Shown here: positions 60,565 to 64,000 of the stretch, one piece after another
How positions within the stretch are numbered: the first letter of the stretch is position 1
Layout: every line of letters begins with the position of its first letter
Source of the DNA: Mobula birostris
Lineage: Eukaryota
Length of the DNA stretch: 64,000 nucleotides
Direction: 5' to 3'
Assembly: GCF_030028105.1 (NCBI RefSeq)
Contig: NC_092375.1
Location: 37,299,130 to 37,363,129, forward strand
Position numbers and translations under genes: made by a program
The notes under the pieces: model-generated
Seen by the model: only the letters and a program-made list of their open reading frames with translations
Database searches by the model: none
What the model was told of the DNA's origin: nothing

Positions 60565-63500
60565 CATAGAACCATAGAACATTACAGCACAGAAATAGGC
60601 CTTTTGGCCCTTCTTAGCTGTGCCGAACCATTTTTCTGCCTAGTCCCACTGACCTGCACCTGGACCATATCCATCCATACACCCCTCATCCATGTACCTG
60701 TCCAAGTTTTTCTTAAATGTTAAAGGCGAGCCAGCATTTACCACCTCATCTGGCAGCTCATTCCACACTCCCAGCACTCTCTGTGTGAAGAAGCCCCCAC
60801 TAATGTTCCCTTTAAACTTTTCCTCCTTCACCCTTAACCCATGTCCTGTTTTTTCTCTCCCCTTGCCTCAGTGGAAAAAGCCTGCTTGCATTCAGTCTGT
60901 CTATACCCATCATAATTTTATATACCTTTATCAAATCTCCCCTCATTCTTCTACACTCCAGGGAATAAAGTCCTAACCTATTCAACCTTTCTCTGTAACT
61001 GAGTTTCTCAAGTCCCGGCAACCTCCTTGCAAACCTTCTCTGCACTCTTTCAACCTTATTAATATCCTTCCTGTAATTTGGTGACCAAAACTGTACACAA
61101 TACTCCAAATTCGGCCTCACCAATGCCTTATACAACCTCACCATAACATTCCAACTTTTATACTCAATACTTTGATTTATAAAGGCCAATGTACCAAAAG
61201 CTCTCTTTACGACCCTATCTACTTGTGACACCACTTTTAGGGAATTTTGTATCTGTATTCCCAGATCCCTCTGTTCTACTGCAGTCCTCAGTGCCCTACC
61301 ATTTACCTTGTATGTTCTATCTTGGTTTGTCCTTCCAAAGTGCAATACCTCACACTTGTCTGTATTAAACTCCATCTGCCATTTTTCAGCCCATTTTTCC
61401 AGCTGGTCCAAATCCCTCTGCAAGCTTTGATAACCTTCCTCACTGTCCACTACACCTCTAATCTTTGTATCAGCAGAAAATTTGCTGATCCAATTTACCA
61501 CATTATCATCCAGATCATTGATATAGATGACAAATAACAATGGACCCAGCACTGATCCCTGTGGCACACCACTAGTCACCGGCCTCCACTCAGAGAAGCA
61601 ATCCTCCACTACCACTCTCTGGCTTCTTCCATTGAGCCAATGTCTAATCCAATTTACCACCTCTCCACGTATACCTAGCGACTGAATTTTCCTAACTAAC
61701 CTCCCATGCGGGACCTTGTCAAAGGCTTTACTGAAGTCCACGTAGACAACATCTACTACCTTCCCTTCATCCACTTTCCTGGAAACCTCCTCAAAAAACT
61801 CTAATAGATTTGTCAAACATGACCTACCACGTACAAAGCCATGTTGACTCTCCCTAATAAGTCCCTGTCTATCCAAATATTTGTAGATCCTATCTCTCAG
61901 TACTCCTTCCAATAATTTACCTACTACCGACATCAAACTTACAGGCCTATAATTTCCCGGATTACTTTTAGAGCCTTTTTAAAATAACGGAACAACATGA
62001 ACTATCCTCCAATCCTCCGGCACCTCACCCATAGATACCGACATTTTAAATGTACCTGCCAGGGCCACTGCAATTTCAACACTCGTCTCCTTCAAGGTCC
62101 GAGGGAATACCCTGTCAGGTGCAGGGGATTTATCTACTCTGATTTGCTTCAAGGTAGCAAGCAAGATAGCAAGCGGTTTGATGTTTATTTTTAGAAGCTT
62201 TTTGTATGACACATGACTCTGGGGTTGTACACCTAATGGGTTCTCTTTTTTTCCCTCATTTTTTCTGCTTAGTAGGTTTTTCTTGTTAACACAAACATTT
62301 TTTTTCAATCTTTAAGATAATGTCTTTTTTGAGACATTGTAAGTGTTGTTACTTCAATGTACTCATGTTATTTCTTTTGTATAACAATAAAAAGATTTGA
62401 AAAGATAGCAAGCACCTCCTCCTCCTCAATCTGTATAGGTTCCATGACCTCACTACTTGTTTGCCTTACTTCCATTGACTCCATGCCAGTTTCCTTAGTA
62501 AATACAGACGCAAAAAACCCACTTAAGATCTCCCCCATTTCTTTTGGTTCCATACATAGCCAACCACTCTGATCTTCAAGAAGATCAATTTTACCCTTAC
62601 TATCCTTTTCCTCTTAATATACCTGTAGCTCTTTGGATTATCCTTCACCTTGACTGCCAAAGCAACCTCATGTCTTCTTTTAGCCCTCCTGATTTCTTTC
62701 TTAAGTTTTTTTTTGCACTTTTTATACTCCTCAAGCACCTTATTCGCTCCGTTTCCTATACATGCCATACATCTCTCTCTTCTTATTAGAGTTCCAATAT
62801 CCCTTGAGAACCAAAGTTCCTTATTCTTATTCACTTTGCCTTTAATCCTGACAGGAACATACAAACTCTGCACTCTCAAAATTTCTCCTTTGAAGGCCTC
62901 CTACTTACCAATCACATCCTTGCCAGAGAACAACCTGTCCCAATCTACACCTTTTAGGTCCTTTCTCATTTCTTCAAATTTGGCCTTTTTCCAGTTTAGA
63001 ACCTCAAACCGAGGACCAGATCTATCTTTACCCATGATCAAGTTGAAACTAATGGTGTTATGATCACTGGAACCAAAGTGTTCCCCTACACACACTTCTG
63101 TCACCTGTTCTAACTCGTTTCCTAATAGGAGATCTAATATTGCATCCTGTCTAGTTGGTACCTCAACATATTGATTTAGAAAACTTTCCTGAACACATTT
63201 TACAAACTCTAACCCATCTAGACTTTTAACAGTATGGGAATCCCAATCAATATGTGGAAAATTAAAATCCCCTACTATCACAACTTCATGTTTCCTGCTG
63301 TTGTCCGCTATCTCTCTGCAGATTTGCTCCTCCAATTCTCAGTGGTCTATAATACAACCCCATTAATGTGGTCATACCTTTCCTGTGTCTCAGCTCCACC
63401 CATATGGCCTCGGTAGACAAGCCCTCTAATCTGTCCTCCCTGAGCACTGCTGTAACATTTTCCCTGACTAGCAATGCCAACCCCCACCCTTCATTCCTCT

Positions 63501-63730
63501 GCCTCTATCACGTCTGAAACATCGGAACCCTGGAGCATTAAGCTGCCAGTTCTGCCCCTCCTGCAGCCAAGTTTCACTAATGGCTATAATGTCGTAATTC
63601 CATGTGTCAATCCACGCCCTCAGCTCGTCAGCCTTCCCCACAATACTCCTTGCACTGAAATAGACACACCTCAGAAGATTATTACCATCACACACAACCC
63701 TTCTATCTGAGACTCTGCACGAACTTTTAA
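60565..63730 (-). mobile_element. CR1 ORF2 nearly complete, interrupted by an L1 3' UTR
   Basis: ORFs 63468..63863, 62901..63335, 62523..62879 and 60812..61936 with endonuclease and RT motifs; tail complement catagaaccatagaac. Confidence 0.9.
62175..62401 (+). mobile_element. 5'-truncated L1 (3' UTR only), same family as 52589-58370, with 12-bp TSD
   Basis: Aligns by eye to 58126-58366; TSD aagatagcaagc at 62163-62174 and 62402-62413. Confidence 0.9.
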
Positions 63731-63806
63731 CATCGTTTATTTCATCCCCACTCCACCATCTCCTCTGCATCTGATTGTTCAGAATTCCCAATGATTCTAA
63801 ATATGC

Positions 63807-64000
63807 AAACAGATGTGGAAATCCAAAGCAACACACACAAAAACTCAGCAGGACAGGCAGCATCTATGGCAAAAAGTGAATAGTTGACATTTCGGGCTGA
63901 AGCCCTCCAAAATTCCAGATGAAGGGTCTTGGCCCAAAACGTCGACTGTTTACTTTTTTCCACAGATACTGCCTGGCTTGCTGAGTTTCTACATCTGGTT
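63807..64000. mobile_element. Older fold-back Penelope pLTR element (runs to the window edge)
   Basis: Inverted arms aaactcagcaggacaggcagcatctatgg / ccacagatactgcctggcttgctgagttt; turn-around about 63905-63915 within a decayed hammerhead. Confidence 0.7.

Noticed and set aside
58384-64000. Next upstream CIP2A exon (expected LAQADRLI-like peptide)
   Set aside because: No matching frame with splice sites found by eye in the non-repeat gaps; probably beyond the window.

Overview
Eukaryotic genomic DNA from a cartilaginous fish, probably a ray (inferred from the repeat families and genes). Two spliced genes converge. (1) On the + strand is a B7-family IgV-IgC-IgV-TM gene best read as HHLA2/B7-H7, with coding exons 13856-13913, 22853-23182, a candidate 36-nt microexon 27796-27831, 28005-28292, 33235-33543 and 44052-44167 (378 aa with the microexon, 366 aa without). 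(2) On the - strand are the last five coding exons of CIP2A/KIAA1524 (52399 down to 47951). Most of the rest is transposon-derived: CR1 LINEs, Rex1/Babar LINEs, L1 (one full-length copy with a 13-bp TSD), an RTE fragment, Penelope-like elements (PLE), a Gypsy pol fragment, and Tc1/Tigger/hAT remnants. The most unusual structures are: a tail-to-tail inverted LTR pair whose two U3 ends are flanked by one 5-bp TSD (18112-21154); recurrent ~200-230 bp fold-back PLE mini-elements carrying minimal hammerhead-ribozyme motifs, two of them with 12-13 bp TSDs; a Cys-containing HHLA2 linker microexon; and direct HHLA2-CIP2A adjacency with no MYH15 between them. All family assignments come from motif recognition by eye. 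No database search was run, and repeat boundaries without a TSD are approximate.
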